A stretch of DNA of 64,000 nucleotides from Leidyana gryllorum EB-2025a (lineage: Eukaryota; Protista; Apicomplexa): the NCBI GenBank assembly GCA_048772705.1, contig JBLWGC010000104.1, forward strand, positions 310,001 through 374,000. Direction: 5' to 3'. The position numbers and the translations under genes were made by a program. Below the pieces are notes generated by a model. That model had not been told where the DNA came from. It did no database searches and worked only from the letters and a program-made list of their open reading frames with translations. How positions within the stretch are numbered: position 1 is the stretch's first letter; every line of letters begins with the position of its first letter. Shown piece by piece: positions 34,400 through 47,037 of this stretch.

Positions 34400-34988
34400 T
34401 TATTCTCTAACTAGGCCCCACATTCTAGTGCTATTGGCATTGAAAGGGGAGGGGTCTTCAAATACTTGGGAAGGGGTTATTGGTTCCTCATCATCACTTG
34501 ACGTGTTCGCCTCGTCATCAGCAAGTAGATCAGTGGCCTCGCTTCGAGGTGTGTCATCGTCAGTGCCATGTGAACACAGCTTTTCGTGTAGCATAGCGGG
34601 TTTTGAAGTTGAAGCGATCTGGTCAGTTGGTAGCATGGAGGATGAACTGAGCCTCACTCAAACGCAGCGAGCAAAAAGGACCAGGCGGGGTGTCCAAAAG
34701 GCAAACGAGTCACACAAAGTCAGAAATAATGTGGTTGTAAAGAGATGTAGATTACGAAGCCGGAGGAGGCGGCGGGGGTGTTGCAAAAGGGTCGAACCCT
34801 GCATTCAGATTATGCGGATGCGAACTATGCTCTGCAGTAGGGGACGCCTCAGGTATTAAGTCAGAGGTGAGAGTCAGCAAATCTCGGCCAATGGGGGGCC
34901 GTTGGGCTGATGACTGTTCTGTAGCTAATGAAGCTTGAGATGTGGGTTTACGTCGTCCACATCGGCACGCAGAGAATATCTTGACCAT
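34400..34988 (-). CDS. Hypothetical protein with N-terminal Cys/basic motif
   Basis: MVKIFSACRCGRRK at 34988; possibly spliced to acidic ORF 34400-34657. Confidence 0.4.
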
Positions 34989-35038
34989 AGTATAGATCGC
35001 CTTTTTTTTATAGAAATTTTTGCGTCGGTTGAAGGCTG

Positions 35039-37167
35039 ATGGAAGGTAAGAGCACAACTGACTTGGCGGACCCGACCGGAGGAGTAGGACCGACGGCTGA
35101 ACGCCCCCCGAGCCCGGCGGAAGCGCCCGAAGCCGAGGCGCCCGAACCGCCAACGAAAGCGGAGCAACCCAGTAACCCCCCCGCCGAGGGTGGTGAGCCG
35201 CAACATCCAGTCGGTTCCACTTCTTCTAATTTCCCCACGGAAGCCTCCAGTGTAAGTGCACCTTTCCCCATTCCCTAGGAGCGTTCTGGGTGGGCATATC
35301 GAGACATGTCGAAGATCACTCTTAACAACTAACAAAGCTATACTACTTCGTGGTGTGCGATTGAAGTTTTTCCTGGTTCGGTGCTCGTCGGAGTTGTGCT
35401 AAGGAAGTGCGTGAGTACCTGGACGTGATAGATTTGAAAACGCGGCGTCGCTCGGCCGGCTCAGTCGTCGCAGCTCAAGAAACTGGAATAGAGTGGATCA
35501 ACCGCACACACGTGCGTGTTAACACGCCCGATTAGGAGCGCTGACGGTATGATGTCATACTCGATTTAGATGTTGTGCTGATGGTCGTGTCAACGAAGAT
35601 ACTTGACTGTCTGACTGAAATTGATCACATGACTGCCCGTCACACACTCACTGCTCCACCAAATCGATGTGCTGGGAAATTGGTCGCGTTAACTGACATG
35701 TCCTGAAGTGTCCCGTTCATATCGCCCATGACATGATGATGCAAGAGTGCCGCCTGCCCATCCAGTCCGTACCTCTCGTCACGTCTCCCCCCCCTCTCTC
35801 TTCTATCTCGTGAGATCAGACAACATCATTTTCATTTGCAGATACCTAATGTGCCGCCCGTGGAAATCAAGTTATTCGTTGGTCGTGTGCCGCGAACGGC
35901 GGACGAAAGTCTGCTGCGGCCGGTGTTCGCTGAGTTTGGTACCGTGTCAGAGATCGCCATAATAAAAGACCGCGCCACTCAAATGCACAAAGGGTCAGCC
36001 TTTGTCCGGATGGCCTCAATAACCCAAGCGGACGCCGCCATCCGAGCCTTGAATAATATCAAAGTGCTTGACCCTCAGTTAGGAGCCTTACAAGTGCGCT
36101 ATGCCACCGGAGAAGCGGAGAAGCTCGGAATGACAGCCGAATCGGCATACCCTGGACAAGATCAAGCAAAGCTATTTGTAGGCTCTTTGCCGAGAAATAT
36201 CACTGAGGAAGAAGTACGCAATTTATTCGCGCAATGTGGGGCCATTGATGAGGTCTTCATCATGAAGGATAGTGCAACGGGTCAGGGGAAAGGATGTGCA
36301 TTCGTCAAGTTCGCCTTTAAGGAACAGGCTATTCATGCCATCAAAACGCTCAGTGGAGTCCAGCAACTGCCAGGGGCCCCTCGGCCGCTTGAAGTACGGT
36401 TTGCGGAGTCCAAGAAGGCTCAACAGCCTGGCGCATTACCTCTTCCCGGCGTCTCTCCTTTAGGCAGGCCTGCTGCTGCCATGGTTCCAGGGGCAGTATA
36501 TCCGGCCGCCCCGACGTCACCGAGCTTTGCAAACTGCAATCCCCGTACTGCGGGTCCGTGGAAAGAGTACTTCACCGACGAGGGGAGGCCTTACTATCAC
36601 AATGAAGTGATTTCCACCACTCAGTGGGAACGGCCGGCTGAGTTCGACCGCCAAGATGTCGCCGGGCCCCCCGGCGCCAATATATTCGTCTTCCATGTTC
36701 CGAATGATTGGACGCAATGTGACCTGCAGACTAACTTTCAGCCCTTCGGCCAAATCGTGTCTGCACGAATAGCAACTGACAAGTGTACTGGACGGAACAA
36801 GGGCTATGCATTTGTTAGCTATGCTAATATTCAATCAGCCGCTCAAGCTGTCCTCCAAATGAATGGATTCATGGCGGGCTCGAAACGGCTCAAAGTCTCC
36901 ATCAAGCAGAACGAAGAGATTTACGTGCAACATCTTTTAGCCAACCCGCAGGCCGCGGTCGCAGCCCTCCCCGCTACTCCTTTCCGAGCTCAGCCGGGCC
37001 AGACTTACCCTGGGACTGCTGCCGCGGGATCTGCAGGTATGTTTGTCCCTGCCACGCAGGACCTTTCTCCCCCCGCAGACGCCTACGCCGGTCGGTACCC
37101 CAACTCCGTCATCTCATCTCATCGGTACACACCCTACGGCCAAAACGCCCACCACGCGCGGGGATGA
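35039..37167 (+). CDS. CELF: CELF/Bruno-like RNA-binding protein (RRM-RRM-WW-RRM)
   Basis: KLFVGRVP, KLFVGSLP, KGCAFVKF, WW domain WKEYFTDEGRPYYHN..TTQWERP, GPPGANIFVFHVP. Exon 1 35039-35251 and a 590-nt intron 35252-35841, phase 0. Confidence 0.93.
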
Positions 37168-37364
37168 GAGTTGTTGTTTCCCTTCACCCCCTCCATGGAT
37201 CGTCAGGTGTTGCTGCTTGCCTAGCTAGGAACAAGGCGACCATCGCCAGGCGTAAGCAGCACTGCAGAGCAAAGCTAATTCACCAAGTACCCCAGGACCT
37301 TTCGTGTTGTGTGACCAAAATCAACCTTCAATGAAATCTCAGATAGACAGGCGCATCGCAAGCC

Positions 37365-40300
37365 ATGACTACCGCCACTGAGCCTTTTGGCGGCTTCTGT
37401 ACGCATTGCGAGAAGCTCGCCAACCCATTGCTGAAACCTCGCGAGAAAACTCAGTCAGCACTATGTCTGTCTGCGCCACCAATGACTCTTATGCCACTTC
37501 AGGCTGCTCATTGACTATTTGCATCGATTCGCAAAGTCGAGCACGGACTTCTATCCTTTGTATCGGCTTTTATTGCCTCAATTAGACCGCGAAAGGGGTA
37601 ACTATGGCGTGCGAGAGACTGCTTTGGCCCGCATCTACGCTGAGGCCTTTGCTCTACCCGCTTCGGAGGCGCGACGCTTGAGATATTATCGAGATCCATC
37701 GAAGGCATTGGCCACTGGGCTGCAGACCGCTGCGTCGGCGGCTTTGGTTCGAGTGGGGGATTTCCCAACGCTCGTCCACGCAATTCTTCAAGACCGTTTA
37801 CCGCCCTCGAGTGCAGAAGGATTCGACATTGCAGCCATCAACAAGGTGTTGGACAACTTAGCAGCTGCTACAGACACGTGAGTGTGTATGGCTGAAAGAC
37901 AAGTGCCAATTATGGTGGCGAACAACGGCATTTGTCGACGTAAATAAATCCCCCGTTCAATTCATTGTGATGCCTGCTATGTTTTTGTCTGATCGTCAAC
38001 CGATTCCTTCCTCAACGCGTTACTGCTTTGACTCTCTGCTGAACGTCATCGGCTCGTTCAACTTGTCTCCATCAATATGTTACCGTAAATCGTGCTCTCT
38101 CAAAGTGTGAGTGATTGTACAATGAGTGTGTGAAGGCTATATGTGACGCTTTTCTCACGTTCGTCGTGCGATTCAGAACTGAGCGGAATGCCCTTTTCCG
38201 TGATGAGTTGGGCGGGATGAGTGCATTGGAGCACAAGTGGCTATGCCGCATAATACTCAAGGATCTTCGAATGGGTGTTGGCCACGAGAGACTCTTCCGA
38301 CTCTTAGATCCCCGTCTCGTGGATCTATACAACACCTTGGGAGATTTGAAAGAGGCGATGTATAAGATCCAGGAACAGCTGGCTGCACAGAACGCGACGT
38401 GGGAAGCGCCATTGATGCCGATGGATTTTGGCGAGCTCGAGATCGGTCACGCCAGACTGCTGCGTCCCTTCCGTCCAATGCTCGCCAAACGAGTCAATCC
38501 AAACGAAGTTGTCGACAAGCTGTTCGGCGGAGAGGCAGCCAACACTACGTGAGTGGGATCAAATTTGACACACACACACACACACACACACGAAGATACT
38601 ATTTGGAGCCCAAGTTGGACGGGGAGCGTATTCTGTGTCACTTTGTGCGAGCTCGGGAGGAGCAGCCCGATCAGGTTGTATTTTTCACGAGACGGGGGAA
38701 TTCTGACTATCCGGCAGCTTATGTCCCCCACTTTACAGATTTGCTCAAGGAGAGTCTGAGGTGAGTGGCCGCTGCAGTGATTTTCTGCTCAAGTCACGTC
38801 CCATTCCACAGAGTCGATTCGGCTATTCTGGACGGCGAGCTGCTGGTGTGGGACTCCCGTAGCGAGAAGTTGATGCCTTTTGGATCTGCGCGGGCCACAG
38901 GTGCCGGTTTGTTGGACGGGGCCCAGCTGTTCTATGTAGTCTTCGATATTCTTTTGATCAAACGAGGCGACAAGATATTCGACTTTACCCAACAGCCGTT
39001 GGAGAAACGTCGGGAACTGTTGGAGAGAGTTCTGACAGTGCAGACGCCCAATCGCTTGGAGATTGTAGCGAGTCAGCGTGTCGAGGGTTTTCAAGAGATC
39101 GAGAGGGCGCTCCACGAGTAAGCCGGAAGGGGATAAGTATGATGGTGACTGATTTTCGCTGCAGTGTGGTGGAGAATCGTGGCGAAGGAATTATGATAAA
39201 AGACGTCAAAGCACCGTACAGTCCAGGAACGCGCGATCGAGGATGGTTCAAGATCAAGCCGGATTTCGGATGGCTCGCGGATACATTGGATTTGGTCGTC
39301 ATTGGGGCCTTTCTGAGTGATGGAGTGAGACGAAGGGCGTTGGACTCCGACGCAGCGATAGATCACCTCACAACCTTTCTCTTGGGAGTGGTCAACACTG
39401 ATGCACACACAGTGGAATCCTTCACCAAAGTGGGAACTGGATACACTTTGGAAGAGTTACGCGAAGTGATCTCTGTCCTGAGACCGCATCTGAAAAAACT
39501 CAACTCCAATGAACCGCTCCCGGAGTGTTGGGGTGGTTGGCGGCCCCCGGCCAAGACGCGTCCGGACTATTATGTTGACACCATCGAGAACAGTATTGTG
39601 ATGGAGATCTTTGGAGCGGAGGTCGTTCCGAGTGATGCCTTTCAGTGTGGATACACACTGAGATTCCCGCGCTGTTATCGAGGACGATGTCTCCGACGGG
39701 ACAAAACATGGAAAGAGTGTGAATCGGTGGCGAGCATTCTGGTAAGCCCCTTTCCCACCAAGTGATTGACAAAGCGACTAATAAGGCTCTGGCCCGTGGT
39801 GAACCTCCTCCACCGGGAGCTCCAGCTCGAAACAGACGACGCGCAACACAGGAGGGCAATAAGGAGGGATCCGAGCCGGAAGGCGGGGATGACTCGCCCG
39901 GAAACAGACGCAAGAAGGGGACTACTCGTATTCGTAATGAGTCGTATCGACTCCGACCCGATTTGTATCTGGATGTGGGTGAAGTTGACGACAATGACGA
40001 TGATGTGTTGGATGTGGCGAATTTCAAGTTTGAGCATCCCATTTTCGAAACAAAACGAGTACACGTTCTCCCCTTCGCGATCGCTGCCAATGCTAACGTT
40101 CATCGCGGTTTCAAAGACAAACGCAGCGTCGAAGACCTCATTGAGAAAGGAGGGGGCAAAGTGACGCAAAGCTATCTGCCGGGAGTAACAGACATTGTGT
40201 TGGCTGACGCGTGAGTTCAAAGTCCACTCTCTCAAGACACTCACTATGCAGCCCTTCATTGAGATCCAAGAATCTCAACACCACCTTCGGCACCGATGTC

Positions 40301-41234
40301 GTTCGGCTGTCGTGGCTCGTGGAATGTGCCAAAGCCGGGGCTATCGTAGAAATAAAACCGGGCCATCTCATTCATCAAGGAGCTCATTCAGCAGAGAAGT
40401 GGAGAGGTTTGGTAGACGAATATGGTGACGAGTATGGTGAGGAGATCGACGACGGTAAGACATGAGCCAAAGACTGTGGAGAGAGAGAATATGACTCCCT
40501 CCTTAGATCGTCTGGCCCGATTACTCGAGAGCATCAAAGAGGATGAGCCAATGGAAGACGACGTCGATATCAATGACCTCATTGCGGATTTTAGCGACAG
40601 TGACAATGAAGAATTGTAAGTCGTATACACCTCACGACAGCTCATCCAAACACACTCAGACCAAACACAGGCTGTGGACGATTTGGGGTCTGCGTCTACA
40701 ATGCCGAGACTAAGAGATTTGAAGATCTGAGAGAGGAAGAACTCCACGTCATTGTCTCGCAGGGCGACAGACAGATCACTCGGGTTGAGGAGCAAATCGT
40801 TGACTGGTCCACAATGTCCAGACCCCAGGGCTCCGGGCCTCTCTGCAGACCCTTCCTGTCCCCCTTCTTGTTGCCCGGCATCGAAGCTGCGTTGATGAGT
40901 GAGCAATTCCGTCCGTCCAGTCACTCTCATTATAATATATACTGACTGTCCTCCCAGAATATTCTCGAGTCTCTGTCCCGAGATTGCGGTTCTGCCTGTG
41001 GGTGAGTAAGCAATTGCTCCAAGGCGACGCTCTGTAAGCCGAATCGCTTCGCTGGAACAGACTGAACATCGCAGAACGGCGCTGGATCAATTGGAAGCTG
41101 ATGACCCTCTCCTCGTTATCGCGCCCGACCCTTCTCCTCCGCTTCCCCACCATGTCAGAGACAAACGAGTCAAAGTTGTGTATCTCACCGCCAAGCGAGT
41201 GAACGTGACCGATGGATTGTGCGGAGAAATGTGA
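37365..41234 (+). CDS. LIG4: DNA ligase IV (NHEJ)
   Basis: YRLLLPQLDRERGNYG, KWLCRIILKDL, EPKLDGER (KxDG), ILDGELLVWD, EGIMIK, WFKIKPD, LDLVVIGA, KVGTG, TLRFPR, plus C-terminal BRCT-like segments; about 10 introns. Confidence 0.92.
38568..38591. repeat. (CA)n microsatellite in a LIG4 intron
   Basis: acacacacacacacacacacacac. Confidence 0.9.
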
Positions 41235-42101
41235 TCACTGACTCGAAACAATCGTTGGATTGCTTGCCGTCCATCCACCTCCTAACTCTGGTACACAGCC
41301 CTGGGAGCACAAAACGGAAACCACTGGCCCAATGTGGTCGGGGAAGGTTAGATGGACCAACGCGTCACCCATCGGTGGAGGAGGCGGGGGTTCACATGAA
41401 ACGTTATCGTGGGCAATCCAACCACACAATAGTCTTTTCACACTGTCCGGATCGATCGCCATATCGGTCAACACTTCCTCAGCGCGGAATCGTGTACTGC
41501 GTGTCGTAGATCGCAAGTCGCCCGGCTTCACAGCGACCTGCAGACGAGTCCGCAGAACCCAACGCGAACGTTGGCTGAAGTGCTTCTTTTCGTGCAGAAG
41601 TGGCAGACGCCGCCGCAATTGGTCGAGAGCAATTTTGACTGTGTGCGTGCACTCATTCGTAAAGACGTGGGGGCCGAGTTCGGGTATCATTCCAGTCGTC
41701 TGACGAAAGGTGTAGAGGGTTCAGGCCTCCAACATACCTTGAAGAATAGCCGCTGAGAATGTATACACTTCTCACTGTCAGGAGGGAAATGCCACACGAG
41801 CATCTCCAGCCCTTCAACTAAACCATTCATTAAACATTCTCGTAACGACTCTACAGCGTGATCAACATAGTCCAGCACTGCCGGACTCAGGGAGGTCCAG
41901 ACGAATGTATCAAACACTACTTTCTCATGAAAAGTCTCTTCGGGATAAACCTGTAGCGCCCACAAAGCCGTGTGGACTGATGAACGTAGAAACTCTGTCA
42001 CAACTTCCACAGCATCTGATTCCAGTAAATTAATCACACCAGACCCTTGAACACGTACATCGTTTGGGTCGAGAGCTCTCCAAGCGTAGTTTTCGCATCA
42101 T
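41235..42101 (-). CDS. REV7: HORMA-domain protein, REV7/MAD2L2-like
   Basis: Exon 1 MMRKLRLESSRPKR spliced to YAVEVVTEFLRSSVHTALWALQVYPEETF..VWTSLSPAVLDYVDHAVESLRECL, the REV7-type HORMA pattern. A second intron leads into ORF 41235-41690. Confidence 0.7.
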
Positions 42102-42123
42102 GGCTCAAGCTTAATTTTATTGC

Positions 42124-45100
42124 ATGGCGGCAACGCTAGATGGAGTAAAGCTCTACTGGCCACTGCTTCGACCAAAAGAGGGTAAGTGACGGTGCATAAT
42201 CATCACATGTTCCTCAGACCCACCAAAGAAGGACTCGATTGTGCTGGGATGGTTCCTGCTTGAAGACAGTCCTCGACCTCAAAATGGAAATGTTGTTCTG
42301 GAGTGTACGTGCCCGATCACCCATGAAAAGCTATTATCAGCTTTTCAGTGTCGCGAAATGAGAAGCCACGGAACGTCCCGACACTGACATATTTAAATGC
42401 TGTGGTTGCAAGTGTCCTGCCGTGTCCTGACCACCTTTCGGTACGTGACCGCGCACACGTGTGCTAATTTCTCGCACGGTATAACATATCTCTCTCCCAG
42501 CATGAAGCATTGGGGGACTTGTTGAGAACCGCCAAGGTTGATCACAGCTTTGAGGACTTGCTCAATCAGGATTTACATGTGCTCGGGGTATACTTATCGG
42601 AGAATAAGATGAACGTTTCAGCACTGAGGAGCATGATCTTGACAGAAAGAGCCAACCGACGGTCTCATAATGTGCTGGAGCCATGGTGGCTCGACTTGAA
42701 AGCCGGGGAATGGCTGGAAGAGCCTTCAGGCCCTTTTCAAAACCTCACGAACTGGCCACGGATCAGGTGAGGCTGCTTCAACGAGTGGCAATATGAAGGT
42801 CACGTGGCTTTCAGAGGTGTATATCGGTATCGTCAGCGGCCGTCTGGTAGTGTTGATCGTCCTACGAGGCAGCAGATGCAACGAGTACAGTTGAACGGGC
42901 CCTGCGACATTATATTTTACCAATATCCCGATGATGCGCTATACTACACCAGTGCTGCGACAGGGACTGTAAAGTTGTTGCAGGTGGTGGCACAAGATGC
43001 ACGGGAGGTACGGGAATGGAGGACGACTCGGACTGTGTCTCAATCTTGTCCGTTGGCTGTGGCTGCGGAGGGTCACGATCGAGGAGCGTTGGCGCACGTC
43101 CTGCAACAGTTGAATCTCGCTGGATATGTGGACGCTGCTGCCAGTCACTGGTCGCCGCCTTCACGAGTGAACAGTCCGCCGATGTCGCCTCGGAATGTGA
43201 TCCCCGAGGCGTCTATGGAAGACCTTTCGGAAATGTCATCGCCGGAGAAGGCGCCCGGTAATCGGCGAGGTACATCCGCGAGTGGCGATCCACGGCGGTC
43301 GAAGACTCGAGCAGAGACGATGGACCATTTGTGCAAACCGGATGTGCTGAGCCCGAGTACGACAAATCAAGTGACACCGGAGGGTCGCGTGCCATCTCCA
43401 CCACCAGTGACATGGTGGGGACGGATTACGAAGATCTTTTATGGGTTCGCGTGTTTATTCTTGACGCCGATTCTGGCCTGGTCAGCGGTGTTGGCGGTTC
43501 CGATATTCCGAATGTTGGGATTACAGAACGATGTCGAGTTTGCAAATGAGCGAAAGTCGCCTTTCAGCCAGTTTCTGGCTCAGGTGAAGGTGCGATTCCG
43601 TATAGTGGCCCAATGGCCAGCTGTTTGTTCCCGTATGCGGGAGTTGCGACATATTCATGAATGGCAGATGATGCGACGTGCGTCATCTGACTCGCAGACA
43701 AGCGCTGACATCCCTGTGGGGGACGCGACGTCTGCTGTTCAAGCCTTAGGGTTACGTCTTGGCTACAGTGTTCTGGTCGTCAGCTCCACAACTCTATTTG
43801 TGATCGATCACCTCTTGGGTTGGGGTTTGGCCTGGATGCTGTTCACGAGATCCCAAGCCGTACTCAAGACGCTCCATAAGCTATATATGTTCCTCCACAT
43901 TGACGTCCTGAGAGCTCAGGTGGATTGGTTGGGGGGGTTCCCAGCTGGACTGAAACTGAATGATCGTTTATCTCTCTTCATTGCCGAGATTCTTCTGACC
44001 GCCATCGACACCTGGAACGAGCTGACCACATTATTGGCTCCAATGGAACCATTGATTGCAAAGATCGTTGGGATTGTGTCTCTCTTTGGAGCCTCATTCA
44101 CTGTGGCAGTCACACTCGACATTCTCGCGTTCTGCACACTCCACGTGAGATTATTTTCACCCCCGCTCGCTCGCTAACGGATAATTGCATCGTGTCTTCT
44201 CAGATATTTTACATTTATGTCTTTGTGTCTCAACTCACCCGATTGACTCTGCGAGCACTCCTGAGTCTCTGGTATCTGTTTAGGTGAGACACCGAGCAAA
44301 GATCCGTCTCGTGACATCTCATTTGTAGAGGCCGGAAGTGGAATGAGCTGCGACGTCGAGTGGACAGCTGTGAATATAATATCGACCAGTTACTGTTGGG
44401 ATCAGTGACCTTCACCTGTCTACTCCTCCTTCTGCCCACCATCCTCGTCTACTATGCCTCATTTGTCCTCATTTGGCTCATCATCTTGTGTAAGTCGGAA
44501 ACTCAGCAGCAGCATACTGCCGACAATATTATATGTCCGCTCGGCGGCTTCATCAGGTACTCAGCTCTTCTTGCAGTTCATCCTGACCGTTCTCAACCAT
44601 TTCCCCTTCTATTTACTGTTCCAAAAGGTGGTCACCGGGTCGTGTCTGCCCTCCGGAGTCACCTTCGAGCCCCTCAATGGTGAGCCATCGGTCGAGCTAA
44701 CTGTGCGAGAAGAGATGAGACGAGACGATCGGCTGATTAATTCAGTCTCTCGTCTCTCTCTCACTTCTATCCTCCCTCCCCCCATCTCTGTTGCAAATGT
44801 TGTTCAGCAGTTGGAGATTTAGCCTCGACCTCGCCCCCCCAAATTGGAATAGGCGCTAACCGAGTAGACATGTACTACTGGCGGCTGAAAGCCAATACGG
44901 TTTCTATGAATGATTCGGTCTTCAAGCCGTTCGGTGTTGGACTGAGATTGCAGTTTGCAAACTTTAATCCCAGGCGGATTGTAACGTAAGCAGCGACTGG
45001 TTGTGTCTCCTCTTCATCCGTGTGTGTGTGGGGGCTGTGTGCAGGTCGGTCCTCACCGGTCAGATCATTCATTTACACGGTGGCCTCGGGTTTCTCTTCA

Positions 45101-45345
45101 AGATATTACCCTCTGAGGACGGCAGCGCGACGCCTGCGTCCAGCAAGAGGGGAGGGAGGGTGAGCAACGAGCTCAACCCTTTCCAAGGAGAGGAAAAGGG
45201 GCCCGAAGTCGCAAGCTTTTTTCCGTTCGTCTTGACCGATTTCCACTTGGCTGGAGGACGAGAATTGCTCGCATTGGCTATGGAAGGATTGCCTGGGCGG
45301 CAAACTCTAGCTGAGGAACTGATGGTGCGTGGCAGTGGAGTATAA
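42124..45345 (+). CDS. PIGQ: GPI-GlcNAc transferase subunit PIG-Q/Gpi1
   Basis: WLGGFPAGLKLNDRLS and LF|RGRKWNELRRRVDSCEYNIDQLLLGS..F..LLLLLPT are Gpi1 signatures; many short introns. The ends of the model are less certain. Confidence 0.88.
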
Positions 45346-45364
45346 AGGTGCAATTTTTTCTTCC

Positions 45365-47014
45365 ATGAGAGTGGCGGTTTGCGATGTTGCCTTTACTGCT
45401 CTTCTCGCCCCCATACATAAACAAACGTTGGATTCTTATACCAACAGAAGTCCCGAAGAAAGCAGTTTAGAGGTTGCCTGGAGAACAACTTTGTCTTTTT
45501 TGCCCATTCAAGACATTCTGCGTCTCGAGTGCGTCTCCAAGGCTTTTCGACTCGCAGTCCAGAGCTCCTGTTATGAGGCTCTCCGCATCAATCTACGGGC
45601 AGAACTCGGAGACGCACAACCGTTCCCGGGTGCACCTCTCACCGATCCACTCTGGCGGACGCAATGGGGCTTCCGAGCTCACATTGCGGCTCTGCGGTGC
45701 GTAGCTCTCTATGCCGCGGTCTGCTGCACCGAAACCGATATGCAGCAGACTGAAGCCGGATTACAGAGCACCCGAGACATCTGCGAGTTCCTCAGACATC
45801 TCAGCGGACCCGAACATTTCGTTGATCCCAATACCAGCACAATGCTCAATACTGTTGTCAAACGAGCTTTACAACAGCCCGCCTCTGTCTTCACTCCCGA
45901 AGAGAAACGAGGACTCTCCACCGTGGCAGCCGGCATTGGCAAACTCACCGGAACAGAGCCACAAATACCCCCGGACTATCTTCCTCGCCCCGCCAGACCT
46001 GTAACACTGGGCGAGCCACACAAGAATCCTAAAGAGTTCTTCCAAACTCTACTCCTGGAGTTCGGACGGGTCGTCAGAATGTTCATACGCCGTCAAAAGC
46101 AAACCCAGAAAGTCATCAAGGAACTTCAGAATTGTCGCTGTCGTCTACTCAAAGTAATCGACACCTCTATCACCACTTTACAACGCCTCAACGAGACACT
46201 CGGCGATACAGAAGATGCCTATAAAGCCGATCTTGATCGCCTCACCACCATTATGCACTCACCCGATCTGGCAAAGAATATACCCGCCCTATATATCGAT
46301 GAGGCTGAACGGGAAAAACTCAACAAGGCCGAGGAGAAACAACCAGAAATGAAAACGCCCACTCAAACAATAAGAGGGACACCAGTCTTCCAACCCGGAG
46401 CCACTCCCCCTTTCTCACCAATGATGATGCCCAGGACCACAATACCCCCTCCCATGATGCCAACCCTACCCCTCGCTGCGCAGCAACAACAGGCACCCCA
46501 ACAGCAACAACAACCACCACAACCAGGAGGAGATCCCATGCAAATGAACAATCAACAACCGACTCCAGCGCCAAATCCCATGCAACCAACCCACCCTATG
46601 CCTTCCATGCAACAGCCCTCTACTGGGATGGGGGGGGCACCACCAAATATGATGCAACCACCCCAACAATATCCCGCCTGGCAAACCTACCAACCTCCAG
46701 GAATGGCCGCATATGGTCAAATGCAACATAATATGTACCAACCTCAGGTACAGCCTACACCAGCGAATCAGCAATCACCACCTGGCATGATCAAACCTGC
46801 TCCGCTACCCAGAATGATGATGCCCTCAATGATGCGGTATGATACCAACACTGGCATGCCACAAACTCCTATCGGCTCTTACACCAATACGGGCTTTCAT
46901 ATGCTCACACAACCCCCCAGTATGGAAAATACACTAAGTCGCGGCCAAAATCGCCCTTTAATGACTCCTGGGAGCTATTCTAACTATGATGGTCGACGGC
47001 CGCCCATGAAATAA
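45365..47014 (+). CDS. F-box-like protein with coiled coil and Q/P/M-rich tail
   Basis: EVAWRTTLSFLPIQDILRLECVSKAFR (F-box pattern); last ~200 aa low-complexity Q/P/M. Confidence 0.7.
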   Translation: MRVAVCDVAFTALLAPIHKQTLDSYTNRSPEESSLEVAWRTTLSFLPIQDILRLECVSKAFRLAVQSSCYEALRINLRAELGDAQPFPGAPLTDPLWRTQWGFRAHIAALRCVALYAAVCCTETDMQQTEAGLQSTRDICEFLRHLSGPEHFVDPNTSTMLNTVVKRALQQPASVFTPEEKRGLSTVAAGIGKLTGTEPQIPPDYLPRPARPVTLGEPHKNPKEFFQTLLLEFGRVVRMFIRRQKQTQKVIKELQNCRCRLLKVIDTSITTLQRLNETLGDTEDAYKADLDRLTTIMHSPDLAKNIPALYIDEAEREKLNKAEEKQPEMKTPTQTIRGTPVFQPGATPPFSPMMMPRTTIPPPMMPTLPLAAQQQQAPQQQQQPPQPGGDPMQMNNQQPTPAPNPMQPTHPMPSMQQPSTGMGGAPPNMMQPPQQYPAWQTYQPPGMAAYGQMQHNMYQPQVQPTPANQQSPPGMIKPAPLPRMMMPSMMRYDTNTGMPQTPIGSYTNTGFHMLTQPPSMENTLSRGQNRPLMTPGSYSNYDGRRPPMK

Positions 47015-47037
47015 CCAAGAAAAGAAGAAGAACAAAG

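Noticed and set aside
35039-35278. Stand-alone 79-aa Pro/Glu-rich gene
   Set aside because: Better explained as exon 1 of CELF: phase-0 GTAAGT donor at 35252, and the RRM exon lacks its own ATG before RRM1.
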